DNA from: Octopus vulgaris
Taxonomy: Eukaryota
Assembly (NCBI GenBank): GCA_951406725.2
Contig: OX597842.1
Coordinates: 4,092,001 to 4,156,000 of the forward strand
Direction of reading: 5' to 3'
DNA length: 64,000 nucleotides
The position numbers and the translations under genes were made by a program. Under the pieces are notes generated by a model. That model was given only the letters and a program-made list of their open reading frames with translations, was not told where the DNA came from and did not search any database. Shown piece after piece: positions 26,850-40,599 of the stretch (position 1 is the stretch's first letter; every line of letters starts with the position of its first letter).

Positions 26850-27329
26850 GGCTCGATCGGCATCGGATAAAATGCTAAGTATTTCTTACGTTTATTTACG
26901 TTTTGTGTTCAAAAACCGCCGAAGTCTACTCTGCCTTTTATCCTTTGGTGGGATCGATAAAATAAGTACCAGTTGCGCACTGGGGTCGATGTAATCAACT
27001 AGACCCCCACCTCCCTGAAAATTATCAGACCTTATACCTATAGAGGAAAGGATTATTATTATTATTAATATGAAGTCGACTTTACCTTTCAGGATCGATG
27101 GAATAAGTACCAGTTAACGTACTGTGATCGATATAATCGATTAGCCCCTACCACAAAATTCCAGGCCTTGTACCTCTTTAGTAGAAAGGATTACATTATT
27201 CTGCCGAGGTTCATTTTGCCTTTTATCATTTTAGGGTTGATAAATTAAGTACCAGTGAAACACTGGGGTCGATGTAATCGACTAGTCCCCTCCCCAAAAA
27301 TTTCAGGACTTGTGCCTGTAGTAGAAAGG

Positions 27330-27370
<41 letters not shown>

Positions 27371-27930
27371 GGTAGCGAGTTCGCATGCCGAGTCAAATGC
27401 TTAGCGACATTTTTTCCGTCTTCACGTTCTGAGTTCATATCTGTGGATGTCGATTTTCCTTCCATCGTTTTGGGGTCGATAAAATAAGTACCAGTCGAAC
27501 ACTGGGGTCGATGTACTCGACTTATAACCCTTCCCTGAAATTGCAGGCCTTGTGCCAAAATTTGAAATTATTATCATTACTGGCTCGATTGGCGGAAATT
27601 ATCAGGACATCGGATAAAATGCTTAGAGGTATTTTCTTCCGTTTCTTAACGTTCTGAGTTCAAATTCCGCCGAGGTCGACTTTGCTTTTCGAGCTTCGGG
27701 TTCGATGAAAGACGTACCAGTTGACTATTGAGGTCGATGTAATCGACTAGACCCCTATATCTCTTAAATTTCAGCCCTTGTGCCTTTAATATTCGTTAGA
27801 GTATCGTACAAAGGCCGTGTGATATTTTTTGTAATTCTACATTCTGAGTTCAAATCTTGGCGTGGCCAACTTTCCTTTTAATCTCTTTGGATTTCGATAA
27901 AATAATACCTGTCCCCTAAAAATTGTTGCT
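26850..27930 (+). mobile_element. Tandem cluster of about 6 SINE family B copies with (ATT)n tails
   Basis: Repeated ATAAGTACCAG..CTGGGGTCGATGTAATCGAC..TTTCAGGCCTTGTGCC..AGAAAGGATTATTATT. Confidence 0.85.
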
Positions 27931-27960
27931 CTAAAACACACACACAGGCGCGCGTACACA

Positions 27961-28030
<70 letters not shown>

Positions 28031-28032
<2 letters not shown>

Positions 28033-28363
28033 TTTAAGCTTGGTTCTTCGAATGGCTCTCCTTTGATGCCCTATTTCTCACAGAAAAGGAAGCGGGTACA
28101 GAAGTGAGATTCGGTGGGGTAAAATGTATATAGTTCAATTTTTCGGGGGAAAAAATAGTTTGGGACTTCGCCCTGTTTGGTATTTGAAAATATATATAAT
28201 TTTAAGCTTGGTTCTTCGAATGGCTCTCCTTTGAAGCCCTATTTCTCACAGAAAAGGAAGCGGGTACAGAAGTGAGATTCGGTGGGGTAAAATGTCTATC
28301 GTTCAATTTTTCGGGGCAAAAAAAATAGTTTGGGACTTCGCCCTGTTTGGTATTTGAAAATAT
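28031..28363. repeat. Near-identical direct tandem duplication of about 165 bp
   Basis: TTTTAAGCTTGGTTCTTCGAATGG...GGTATTTGAAAATAT at about 28031-28193 and 28199-28363. Confidence 0.93.
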
Positions 28364-28697
28364 TTTGTGCGTGTGCGCACAAAATGTATAAGATAACAGA
28401 ATAAATAAATTGATAAAAGGGTTAACGCGAGTTATCAAAGGGTCTCCTTTTACTGCCTCTATAACAGTGAACCCCTTAAACTGGTAATCCTTCGCAATTT
28501 GTCCCATCTACCCTTCTTTCTGCGCTGGCTTCATTACAGATACTTTATTTTGTCGTCCCTTCGGATTGAAGACGGACAAAGGACGATTAAACTTAAAACG
28601 CTTAAGGGAACGGGATTTTATTGATTCTTAGAGTATATTACGTATCGGCTGGTACTTATTTTCCGATCTCATCCACCTGGATTGCAAATAGATAAAT

Positions 28698-29020
28698 ACG
28701 CAGGTGAGAGTGTGTGGTAAGAAGCTTGCCTTTCAACCATATGGTTCTAAGTTCAATCCCACTGTGTGGCGCCTTGGTTAAGTATCTTCTATAGCTTCCG
28801 GCCGATCAAAGCCTTGTGGGTGGATTTGATAATCAAAAACTGCAAAGTAGCCCGCTAGCGTTAAGGGTTAGAGCGCTCCGGCAAAAATCCACCGATAGAA
28901 TAAGTACCAAACTTTATAAAAAAAAAAATACTGGGGTGGATTCATTCGACTAAAAGTTCTTGGAGGTGATTCTCCAGTATGGCCGTAGTCTTATGACTGA
29001 AGACTGAAACAAGTAAAAAA
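28698..29020 (+). mobile_element. SINE family A, diverged
   Basis: CGCAGGTGAGAGTGTGTGGTAAG...GACTGAAACAAGTAAAA. Confidence 0.82.
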
Positions 29021-29364
29021 AATAAATAAAATAAAATGCGATAAATAGTAACGTCAACCTCAGGGAGATTCGAACTCGCTACAAATTTGTATCGATTGGA
29101 ACGTTAACGGTTTTGCTACCGCCCCACTCCAGCGTGTGGAAAAGAGCTTGCAGCGATTACTTGTCACATTACACACACACGTTGATGTTTGTTAAGTTGG
29201 GTATAAAAATCAATTCTGTATTAAACTGAAGTCACTCGATGGGTTTTTTTTAAAAACTTTTATTATGAGGACAACGGTGTTAGTGACTTCGAAATTTCGG
29301 TCTGCTAACCTTGTTACACACACACACACACACACACACATACATACACACAGCGAGTACTGAC

Positions 29365-29446
29365 AGACAGCCGGATAGATGGATGGATGGATGGATAGAC
29401 GGATGGATGGATAGATAGACAGACGGGTAGATATAAAGGGATAGAC

Positions 29447-29494
<48 letters not shown>

Positions 29495-29636
29495 CAGACA
29501 GATAGATAGATAGATAGATAGATATATAGATAGACAGATAGATAGATAGATAGATAGATAGATAAAGATAGACAGACAGTAGATAGATATAGATAGATAG
29601 ACAGATAGAGAGATAGAGAGATGGATAAAGATAGAC

Positions 29637-29703
<67 letters not shown>

Positions 29704-29725
29704 CGGGGACGGATAGAGACGGATA
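29365..29725. repeat. (GATA)n/(GGAT)n microsatellite
   Basis: Directly visible. Confidence 0.95.
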
Positions 29726-30137
29726 GTTTGGCACACACACACACCGACACAATTCCTGAAGATCCAGGAGTTCTGTCGTTATTAAAAAGCGAGTGTTGGG
29801 TATTTTTTGAACTTGGTGAGCGCCATCCCTCACCAATCTGTAACGGTTTCCTATTCAGACCCAAAGTTAGCATTCCTAAGTGGAGGGAGTGGACCAGCCG
29901 TTGTTGCCGTCGACCCCACAACTTGACTGATCGTTTATTTCATCGCCCCACCAACGATGAAAAAAACCCAATTTGATCTCGACTGTATTTGAACTCAGAA
30001 CATAAAAGTTACGGAATGAAAGCTGCGAGGCATTTTCTTCCGACGCTATAACGATTCCCCCAGCCTGAACACACGCACAAGCGTGCGTGTGTGCAGACGT
30101 CTCCGTGTAAATTCAATTATGGATTTTATATACAACG

Positions 30138-30515
30138 TCTCTGTCATTAGACTGCGACCATTCTGGGGCACCATACTGAATGCTTTTAGCCGAACAAATC
30201 GTTTCATACCCACCAGGACTTAATTTCTGACTCTCATACCTATTCTCTCGGACGCTTTTCGTCGGACAGCTATGTTACGGGGACGTTAACGAACCAACAC
30301 CGATTATCAAGCGGTAGTGGGGGACAAACACACACACACACACATACGTATATTTGCGCGCACACACACACACTCGATGGGATTCCACACAGTTTCCGCT
30401 TATAAAATTCACTCGCAAGCCCTTGGTCAACTCGGATGTAATCAAGATACCGCGCAGAGGGGCTGAACCCGAAATCTTAAGGCTGCAAAGCGAGCTGCTT
30501 AGCTACATAGCCACG
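30138..30515 (-). mobile_element. SINE family A, old copy that retains CpGs
   Basis: Diverged reverse-complement family A motifs. Confidence 0.75.
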
Positions 30516-30588
30516 TAGATAGATAGACAGAGATAGATAGATATATATATATAGATAGATAGATAGATAGATAGAGAAAGAGAGATAG

Positions 30589-30641
<53 letters not shown>

Positions 30642-30960
30642 AACAGACAGACAAATAGATAGATAGATAAATAGACCGATAGATTGGTGGATAGATAGAT
30701 ATAGACAGACAGACAGACAGGCAGATAGATAAATTGATTGATTGATTATCTATGTATATTTTATCATTTATTCTTTACTTGTTTGTCTTGGGATTGCAGC
30801 CATGCTGGAGCACCGCACTTAAGAGTTTGGGTCGAAAAATGTACTTCACGAGTACATTTTTTAAAATCTTAAGCCGAACCGCTAGCTAACGTGGGACGTA
30901 AACAAACCAACTCCGGTTGTCAAGCAATAGAAGGGGGACAAGCACACACATATACACAGC

Positions 30961-31011
<51 letters not shown>

Positions 31012-31424
31012 TATATGAAAGGGATATATATGTGTGCGCGTTGTGTGTTTAGCGGGCTTGTGCGTGTGTATATACATATTTAGTGCTATATGTATTGATT
31101 GAGTGAGTAATATATATGCAACCTGATAAAACGATGTTCCAACTGTGACCATCCCACCTTTATTCAGACGTAGTGTCTCTGAAGTTATGGGATGAAGGAG
31201 ATTTGACTGCTATTTCTAGCAGCTCATGCAACCGTGGCGTACAATGCCTCTTTGCTGATTAGACCATAATAGTCTCTGCGTTAAGCACTGACAGGTACAC
31301 ACGCACGCAAGCAAGCAAGCACACACTCACAAGATCTGCGTGCGTACACACACGCAAATACAGGCTCACTCATACACACACGCACATACACACACACACA
31401 CATTAACCTTTTTAGATATATTTC

Positions 31425-32225
31425 ATCTTTTGCTTGTTTCAGTCATTAGATGGCGGCCATGCTGGGGCACCACCTTGAATTTTTGTTCGAATGAATCGAT
31501 TCAAGTATCCCTTTTTTTTAATTATTTTTGTAAGCCTGGTACTTATTCTGTCGATCTCTTTTACCGAACCGTTAAGTTACGGGGACATAAACACAACAAC
31601 ACCGATTGTCAAGCGGAGTGGGGGGGGGCAAACACATACATATATGTTTATATAGGTTCGACGGGCTTCTTTCAGTTTCTTATTTCTTTACTACCCACAA
31701 GGGGCTAAACACAGAGAGTACAAATAAGGACAGACAAACGGATTAAGTCGATTATATCGACCCCAGTGCGTAACTGGTACTTATTTAATCGCCCCTGAAA
31801 GGATGAAAGGTAAAGTCGACCTCGGCGGAATTTGAACTCAGAACGTAACGGCAGACGAAATACCTATTTCTTTACTACCCACAAGGGGCTAAACACAGAG
31901 GGGACAAACAAGGACAGACATAGGTATTAAGTCGATTATATCGACCCCCAGTGCGTAACTGGTACTTAATTTATCGACCCCGAAAGGATGAAAGGTAAAG
32001 TCGACCTCAACGGAATTTGAACTCAGAACGTAACGGCAGACGAAATACGGCTACGCATTTCGCCCGGCGCGCTAACGATTCTGCCAGCTCGCCGCCTTTC
32101 AGTTTCTGCGTACCAAATCCAGTGGATTTGGTTAAGCCGAAACTATAGTAGAAGATGCTTGGGACTGAACCCAGAACCATGTTATTGGGAAGCTAGCTCC
32201 TAACCACACAGCCACGGCTGCATCT
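31425..32225 (-). mobile_element. SINE family A interrupted by a family B dimer
   Basis: Family A sequence stops at GGCTTCTTTCAGTTTCT (31680) and resumes at TTTCAGTTTCTGCGTACCAAATCC (32097). Confidence 0.85.
31681..32096 (-). mobile_element. Young SINE family B dimer with 11-bp TSD
   Basis: TSD TTTCAGTTTCT at 31670-31680 and 32097-32107; internal junction GACGAAATACC|TATTTC at about 31864. Confidence 0.92.
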
Positions 32226-32804
32226 GTTGTTTGGTTTTTCGTCAAAGGTAACCTAATTAGGCTTAGACAATGCTTAGATAATTTGTCTTAATTTTTGGGA
32301 GGTTCTGTGGCACATACACAACGGGTGCCGCATGGTTTGCGTCACACAAGCTGTGGAAGAAGACACTTAAACTTGCCCCAAAGTGCTGCGCAGCTGGGGA
32401 CTGAACCAGAAACCCCTTGGGTGTAACGCGGCCTTTTTTAACCACTCACACCGAGAGGACCAGCCTGTCTTGTATGATATCACATGAGTGGCTGCGTATT
32501 CCTCAGATATATTGTACACCATGAAGTACAATCAACGAGGGGCAGTGCGTAAGAAGGCCCTTCGTAAAATTACATGTACGATGTATTCATTGGGGTTCCG
32601 CACAGTTTCCCTTCTACCCAGGGTACTTGCGGCAATAAATATATATCACGCTGTTCGATCCACTCCAACCCTTTCAACCCGGAATTTTTTCTCAAGTGGG
32701 TAATGGCGTGGGGTTTGTACACATGCGAGCCTTAATAGGGCCATACACCCCCATCATACGTGTGGCGCTCCATTTTACCAGGAAAACCGGAGCGGTACTA
32801 TATA

Positions 32805-33240
32805 CTCTCTTTTACTTATTTCAGTCATTTGACTGCGGCCATGCTGGAGCACCGCCTTTAATCGAGCAACTCGACCCCAGGACTTATTCTTTGTAAGCCC
32901 AGTACTTATTCTATCGGTCTCTTTTGCCGAACCGCTATGTGACGGGGACGCAAACACATCAGCATCGGTTGTCAAGCAATGATAGGGGAACAAACACAAA
33001 CATACAGGCACACACACATATACATATATATATATTTATATCTATATCTATATATATATATATATATACATATATACGACAGGCTTCTTTCAGTTTCCGT
33101 CTACCAAATCCACTCACAAGGCATTGGGCAGCCCGAGGCTATAGTAGAAGACACTTGCCCAAGGTGACATGCAGTGGGACTGAACCCGGAACCATGTGGT
33201 TGGTAAGCAAGCTACTTACCGCACAGCCACTCCTGCGCCT
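32805..33240 (-). mobile_element. SINE family A, young full-length copy
   Basis: Near-consensus reverse complement ending CACTCCTGCGCC. Confidence 0.92.
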
Positions 33241-33862
33241 ATGTAGCACATAGGTTGTAAAATTTTTGACTGGTACAAATATGTACCTGCTGTGCCGAAA
33301 GGGTTAACTACACGGTTATGTCCCTATATGTACACACACACAATCGCTCTCTCTCTACTCAGTAAATATGCATACACACACGTATTCCGTATGCACACAC
33401 ACACACACACATTCCCAGCACATCCACATGCACACGCGCGCGCCCGACATGCACTTATAATATACACTTTCTGTGCGCGCACATGCAGACACATACACAC
33501 AAATACACACTTCCAACACGCGCACGTACACACATATATATATATATACAAATACACATACTCACACACATATAGACACGAATACACACTCCCAGCACAC
33601 ACACACAAAGATATACTGCAGATACATGCACACACCTACCACGCATACATGTTGCGTAAGTACACAAGTATACGTATTATCGATGCGCGTTCACATACAC
33701 ACACACGCACATACATACACACACATACACACACAACAGATACGTTGTAGACACACAAACATATATACTCATACACACACACACTTATCCCGAAATGCGT
33801 ACACACACCCTACAGGTATACACGCAAATACGCTACTTCTATCACACACACCACACACACAT

Positions 33863-34328
33863 ACCTATTTCTTTATTGCCCACAAGGGGCTAAACATAGA
33901 GGGGACAAACAAGGACAGACATAGGTATTAAGTCGATTACATCGACCCCAGTGGGTAACTGGTACTTAATTTATCAAGCTGGCAGAAACGTTAGCACGCC
34001 GGGCGAAATGCTTAGCGGTATTTCGTCTGCGTTACGTTGTGAGTTCAAATTCCGCCGAGGTCGACTTTGCCTTTCATCGTTTCGGGGTCGATAAATTAAG
34101 TATCAGTTACACACTGGGGTCGATGTAATCGACTTAATCCGCTTGTCTGTCCTTGTTTGTCCCCTCTGTGTGTAGCCCCTTGTGGGTAGTAAAGAAATAG
34201 GTACTTAATTTATCGACCCCGAAAGGATCAAAGGCAAAGTCGACCTCGGCGGAATTTGAACTCACAACGTAACGACAGACGAAATACCGCTAAGCATTTC
34301 GCCCGGCGTGCTAACGTTTCTGCCATCT
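33863..34328. mobile_element. Plus-strand family B copy (33976-34199) nested in a minus-strand family B copy, 15-bp TSD
   Basis: GGTACTTAATTTATC is duplicated at 33961-33975 and 34200-34214. Confidence 0.9.
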
Positions 34329-34840
34329 CCACACACTCCCGACACGCAAACACGCTACACTTAGACGCGTATATCAACACACACACACACACATTCACAC
34401 ACTACCTGAATTCACATACATCACGCAAACGACTAATAGTGGACACATACACACACTCGCATGCACACACATGCACGCTCGAACGCATGGACACACACAC
34501 ACACACACATATACCTGTACACATATTACACTACTTATGCACACGCATTACGCTCGCACATACACACACCGTTACGCTACGTGTACACACTGTATAATGT
34601 GTGTATAACAAACTACAGGTACACATACACACACACAGTGATACACGTACACACAGAGACACACACACACATACCAAACAAACACGCCTATGCGATACAT
34701 ACACACACACACTATGCAAATACACACGTACGTAATTTTTCTCGTTGTTTATATAATGTATAGCGTCGTGGGTGCACACATGCACACACGCGGATGCACA
34801 CATATGCGCATACACGCATGCCCATTTACGCATACACCTG

Positions 34841-35069
34841 CGGCGAGCTGGCAGAATCGTTAGCACACCGGGCGAAATGCGTAGCCGTATTTCGTCTGCC
34901 GTTACGTTCTGAGTTCAAATTCCGCCGAGGTCGACTTTGCCATTCATCCTTTCGGGGTCGATTAAATAAGTACCAGTTACGCACTGGGGTCGATGTAATC
35001 GACTTAATCCGTTTGTCTGTCCTTGTTTGTCCCCTCTGTGTTCAGCCCCTTGTGGGTAATAAAGAAATA
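34841..35069 (+). mobile_element. Young SINE family B, full-length monomer
   Basis: CGGCGAGCTGGCAGAATCGTTAGC...CCCCTTGTGGGTAATAAAGAAATA. Confidence 0.93.
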
Positions 35070-35855
35070 TGTACATATATTACATACAGTACATGCACAC
35101 ACACACACACACACACACACTAGTGATACACATATACACAAACACGCACACGCAGCAAACACTCTAATGAAATATATACAAACACATGCACACACTGACG
35201 CATACATACGCACACTACGAAAACACACCACGCTAATGATAGACATACACACTACCAGTATACACTGTGTGCTTAACAGTATACTGGTATACACACACAC
35301 ACTATCTATGCAAATTCACACACACACACACACACACTGTCTTTGCAAATACACACACGCACATGCGTGTTTATTTTCTCGTGATTTAAACAACGTCTAG
35401 CGCTCTATCCCTAAAAGGAGAGATTATTTCTCCCCTCATCTTCTCCTAGTATCATCGACGTTTCGATCCTTTTTACTGATTTTAGTGATAAGCGTGCAGC
35501 ACGCCGGGGCATCGTCTCTAAGGGTTTTATCGAAATCTTACATGTATAATCGAACATCTAAGATGCTTGGATGTAATTTTCTTTTGTTATTCTTGGACTG
35601 ACTTTATCCCTAGATTAAATCAATCCAAGCATTACACACCTTTTCTTTTATCTATTACTTGTTTCAGGCATTAGGCAGCGACCATGCTGGGGCACCGCCT
35701 TGGAAAGATTCTAGTCGAATGAATCGATCCCAGTACTTGTTTTGTTTTTAAGCCTGCTGTTTATTCTGTCGGTTTCTTTTGATAAGTTTACGGTTGTCAG
35801 TCGGTGGTAGAATGACAAACACAATAAATACACGCGTTTATATATATATGTGTAT

Positions 35856-35913
<58 letters not shown>

Positions 35914-36429
35914 ACACACACACACACAACGGTCTTCTTTCAGTTTCCAGCTACGAACAAACGGTTTACAAACAATTTTTAGAGCATAAAACGTCTCAAG
36001 TGATGAACGGCCTTCAGGAACGAATTCGTAAATCGAGGTTTCAACACACACACACACACATATATATACACACTACATTTTCTATTCATTGCAACTATTT
36101 GTTTCGCCGGCGGACGTACACACACACACACACACACGCACAGTGTCACGTCACGCAGTGGGATCGAACCTTAAATCTCGTGGCTGCCAACAGAATCACA
36201 TCGCCACACTACTGAAAACTAGAATAGATTTGGCAAACTGCCCTCCCGCTCTATGTTCTGTTCCAGTCATTGTGGCTTTCAAAACTAAGCCTGCGCTAAT
36301 CTCCGTTTATCTTAATCCATCTTAATTTGATTCATCCCAACTAACCTCATAACCTCGGCTCAACTTAATTCTGCTCATATTAGCTGGTTTCATCACGGAT
36401 CAGATCAACTCAATTCATTTAGCTTCACT

Positions 36430-36740
36430 AATCCCGACTGAACACGACTTCATCTTCAACTCGGCTCAACACAACGCCATCCTTTAGCTCTGTTCAGCAC
36501 GGCTTCATCTCTACCCGGCTCAACATAGACTCATCTCAGCACGTCACATTTAAGCTCGACTTAACACATTGTCATCTCATTACGTCTCAACAAGGCTTCA
36601 TCTTTTAACTTGTCTCAACACGGCGTCACCTTTTAAGTCGGCTCAACACGACGTCACTTTTTATCTTGGCTCAACACGTTGTCATCTTTTAGCTTGACTC
36701 AGCACAACGTCCTCTTTCAACTTGGCTCAACGCAGCCACA
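36430..36740. repeat. Degenerate minisatellite of about 29-30 bp
   Basis: Units like CTTGGCTCAACACGACGTCATCTTTTAA repeated about 10 times within a longer CTCAA/CTTAA-rich zone (36300-36850). Confidence 0.75.
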
Positions 36741-37244
36741 GCTCAACGTGACTCAAGTTAACCTAACGTCTCGGCTAACTCAAGTCTCTAAAGTATGACT
36801 CGGCTTATTTGAGCCGACACTCAGGCTCAACTAATAGTTAGAGCCTAGCCTCAAATATACTGTAACTGCTAGATACCGCTGAATAAGACACATTATATTT
36901 TCATAACTCAAAGATCAACTTTCGCTTTTCATCTTGACCGCTAAAATAAACCCTGCTTTACAAGAATGGGAGAAGCGGATAATATAGATATTATCGACTT
37001 TAAGAATGAAAGAATTCGTTACTAATGAAACCAAATTCTTCTTTCCCAGTGACCTACACAACTACGATTTTGCAAATCTTAGAATCCATACAGATCTCTT
37101 ATGGAAACACGTTCGCTCAATGTCTGTGGATCAGTAATGTCACATTTCCAATCCAAAAGACTCGTGTCAACTGCTTTCGATTTCTCATTCACTTGTTTTG
37201 TGCGATTAGCTTTCTGAAACCCTCGAGGACTTCTCTTGGGTGTC

Positions 37245-37570
37245 CTCAGTCAACCTGCTAGAAATGGCAGCGAGATGTCACTAAAACCCGCCATCACTAA
37301 GGAAGAGCACATTTATTGTTGTATTCTCTCGGAAGAATACACTGTGGAAGTACAGAAGGATTATCTATAATCAGTGACGTTCACGATTGGAACGTCTTTT
37401 GATCATAAGATCTACTGGAACAAGAATAACCTGGGACTAAACAACGACTATAGCCCTGTATATTAGATAATGTAGTCCTAGATGCACTGTGTCTGAATAA
37501 AAGATAGGGTGGTCACTGTAGGAACGCCTTTGATCATAAGGGACAGGTCTAAGCTGGAATAAGCAACAAC
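37245..37570 (+). repeat. Repeat family D, two units
   Basis: GCTAGAAATGGCAG head, ATAATGTAGTCCTAGATGCACTG and TTTGATCATAAG motifs. Confidence 0.7.
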
Positions 37571-38184
37571 TATCGCCATTAATGCTACTATTCATGCGAT
37601 CACGTGATCGACCAGACTATCGGATGTTATATATCGCTGGTCACAATGCACTTTGCATCGTTTTAGCTTTCGAACGATGCCATCCAACTGGGTCGTTCCT
37701 TTTTACGAGAGATCTCAGAAGATAGTCACGAGGCCGTGGTTTTTTTTTATATCATTCGGACGGCGGAGGGCCAAAGAAGTTAAGTCATGGGCCACGCCTT
37801 TAAGAAGTGTCTCAGCAGACCCTCCCTTCTGTAAGGAGAGTCCCTGGAGACAACCACGGGACACTTATTTTGTGTGTGTCTCCAAGGGTCTCTCGCTGGT
37901 TCTCCAGACCGTTCTACCGGCAGAGAACCCCGCTCTCCTAGAACCTGCCAATGGCCAGACCTATTCGGTCCATAACCATCTATGCTTTTGTATATCTAGA
38001 ACTATATTGTCCTACCAGATAAGGTGTGTTTGTTATATATATATTGGTAGCTTTGTCTAGTCTGAATAAGGGAGGGTATACGTGCCTGTGGAATACTCAG
38101 CCACTTACATGTTAATTCCAGAGCAGGTCGGTTATTCACTTAATTGAACATCTTAGTCCTCATCGTTGAATGACGGAGACCCAC

Positions 38185-38316
38185 AGGTGTGCTGTGTGGT
38201 AAGAAACTTATTTCCCAACCAAATGGTTCCAGGTTCAGTCCCACTGTGTGGCACCTTCAGCAAGTGGATTTGATGCTTTGAAATTGAAGGAAATTCGTTG
38301 TGTATATATATATATA

Positions 38317-38373
<57 letters not shown>

Positions 38374-38444
38374 ATATATGTGTGTGTGTATATATATGTG
38401 TGTGTATATATATATGTGTGTATATATATATGTGTGTATATATA

Positions 38445-38497
<53 letters not shown>

Positions 38498-38564
38498 ATA
38501 TATATGTGTGTATATATATGTGTATATATATATGTGTGTATATATATATGTGTATATATATATG

Positions 38565-38595
<31 letters not shown>

Positions 38596-38598
38596 GTG

Positions 38599-38648
<50 letters not shown>

Positions 38649-38862
38649 AATATATATATATATATGTGTGTGTGTGTGTTTGTGTTTGTCCCCCACCACC
38701 GCTTGACAACCGGGGTTTACGTGCCCGTAACTTAGCGAACCCGCAAAAGAGACCGATAGAATAAGTACTAGACCTTAAAAAAGTTCTGGGGTCGGTTTGT
38801 TCGACCAAAACCCTTCCAGGCGGTGTCCAAGCATGACCGCAGATTGAAACAAATAAAAGGTA
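38185..38862 (+). mobile_element. SINE family A with internal microsatellite expanded to about 380 bp
   Basis: Head at 38185-38298, (TA/TG)n at 38300-38682, 3' half at 38683-38862. Confidence 0.85.
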
Positions 38863-39539
38863 AAAATATAATTAAATCAATGAACAAGAAATTATGCAAT
38901 AAACTTCATTTTGGAAGTTCCGGAGAAGCTTTAAGATGATACACACGCACTAAGCTCTGAGTGCATTGCATCTCATAGCAGAAACAGTTGTAAGCCACTG
39001 AAGTTCATTACATAATTTCTTGTTCCCCTGTCATTTATTTAATTTCATATTAAGCTCTGTACCCAACTTGCGCATTAATCTGAAGCATACGGTGACGAGG
39101 GTTTCAGGTGATCCGATCAACGGAATAGCCTGCTCCTCAAATTAATGTGCAAGTGACCGAACACTTCACGGACATGCGTACCCCATAATGAACTTCTTAA
39201 AAATATTCTGCCGGGCACAGAATGTGTGAAGGCTGACCCTTTGAAGAACAGGTTCTACTCCTTTTTGACAGCTGAATGGAATCGAACTCCTGACCTAGTT
39301 ATTAGTATCGCTATGCGTTAACGAAACCTTAAAATAAACACACACACACATGTATATGTATGTGCATGTTTATAATTACTGAAGTGTATCGCAATGTGCA
39401 TTTTATGCCGGAAAGTGACTTGTCTTAGTCAGTCGTTCGATGACTAAGAGATCGATAAACTAAACAGCCAAATGGAAAGAGAGATCCTGGCGAAGGGGTG
39501 GGTCCGGTTGACTAAAAAAAAAAAGAACACAAACCGTAG

Positions 39540-40060
39540 TTTTGAGGGGAGGGGCAAGTCGATTACATCGACCCTCCAGTATTTGATTGGTACTTTATTT
39601 ATCGACCCCTTGAGAATGAAGGGCAAAGTCGGCCTCAACAGGGTTTGAACTTAGAGCATAAAGCCGGAAAAATACCTATTTCTTTACTACCCACAAGGGG
39701 CTAAACACAGAGGGAACAAACAAGGACAGACATAGGTATTAAGTCGATTACATCGACCCCAGTGCGTAACTGGTACTTGATTTATCGACCCCGAAAGGAT
39801 GAAAGGCAAAGTCGACCTCGGCGGAATTCGAACTCACAACGTAACGCAGACGAAATACCACGAAGCATTTCGCCCGGCGTGCTAACGATTCTGCCAGCTT
39901 GCCGCCTTAAGCATTTTGTCCGACGCACTAACTTTGATAATAATGATACTTCGATCTGAGTATTTGACTGGGACGTTTAGCGACCCTGGAGGGATCAAAG
40001 GCAAAATTAACCTCGGGGAAGTTTGAACTCAGAACCTAATAAGTAGCAAAACTATTCTTC
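39540..40060 (-). mobile_element. Old family B copies with a young B copy (39677-39907) inserted
   Basis: The old copy reads ..CGGAAAAATACC|young copy|TTAAGCATTTTGTCCGACGCACTAAC. Confidence 0.8.
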
Positions 40061-40152
40061 CGATGCTCGCTGTTTTACTAATAATAATTTAAGACAAAGC
40101 AGTGCTCCAGTATGGTCACCACAATCTAATGACAAACCAATATATATAGTTG

Positions 40153-40289
40153 CCAGGCGTGGCTGTGTGGTTAAGAAGTTCGTTTTACAACGCAGCCACG
40201 TTCGTCTCGGGTTCAGTCCCACTGCATGCCACCTTCGGCAAGGCTGACTAAACCAGTGTGAGTGAATTTGATGGTTGGAAACTAAGGGA

Positions 40290-40371
<82 letters not shown>

Positions 40372-40575
40372 AGAGAGAGAGAGAGAGAATGTGTGTGTGC
40401 TTGTGTTGGTTCGAATTACGTATCCGTAATTTCGCCAAAAGATCCCGATAAAATAAGTACTAAATTTAAAAAAGAGAGAGAGAATATGAAAATTTAGATC
40501 AAATTGTTTAAATGAAACCCTTCAGGGCGGTGCTCCAGCGTGACCGCAATTCAATGACTGGAACAAGTAAAAGAT
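40153..40575 (+). mobile_element. SINE family A, diverged
   Basis: CAGGCGTGGCTGTGTGGTTAAG...ATGACTGGAACAAGTAAAAGA. Confidence 0.8.
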
Positions 40576-40599
40576 AAAAAATATAAAAACAAAAAACAA

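Noticed and set aside
32668-33307. Possible piggyBac-like MITE ends AACCCTTTC / GAAAGGGTTAA
   Set aside because: Only about 9 bp of inverted match, and no TTAA at the left end.
38926-38940. GCTTTAAGATGA as the CUGANGA box for the half-hammerhead at 38981
   Set aside because: It aligns better as part of the inverted arm (compare GCTTTTAAGATGCA near 23194).
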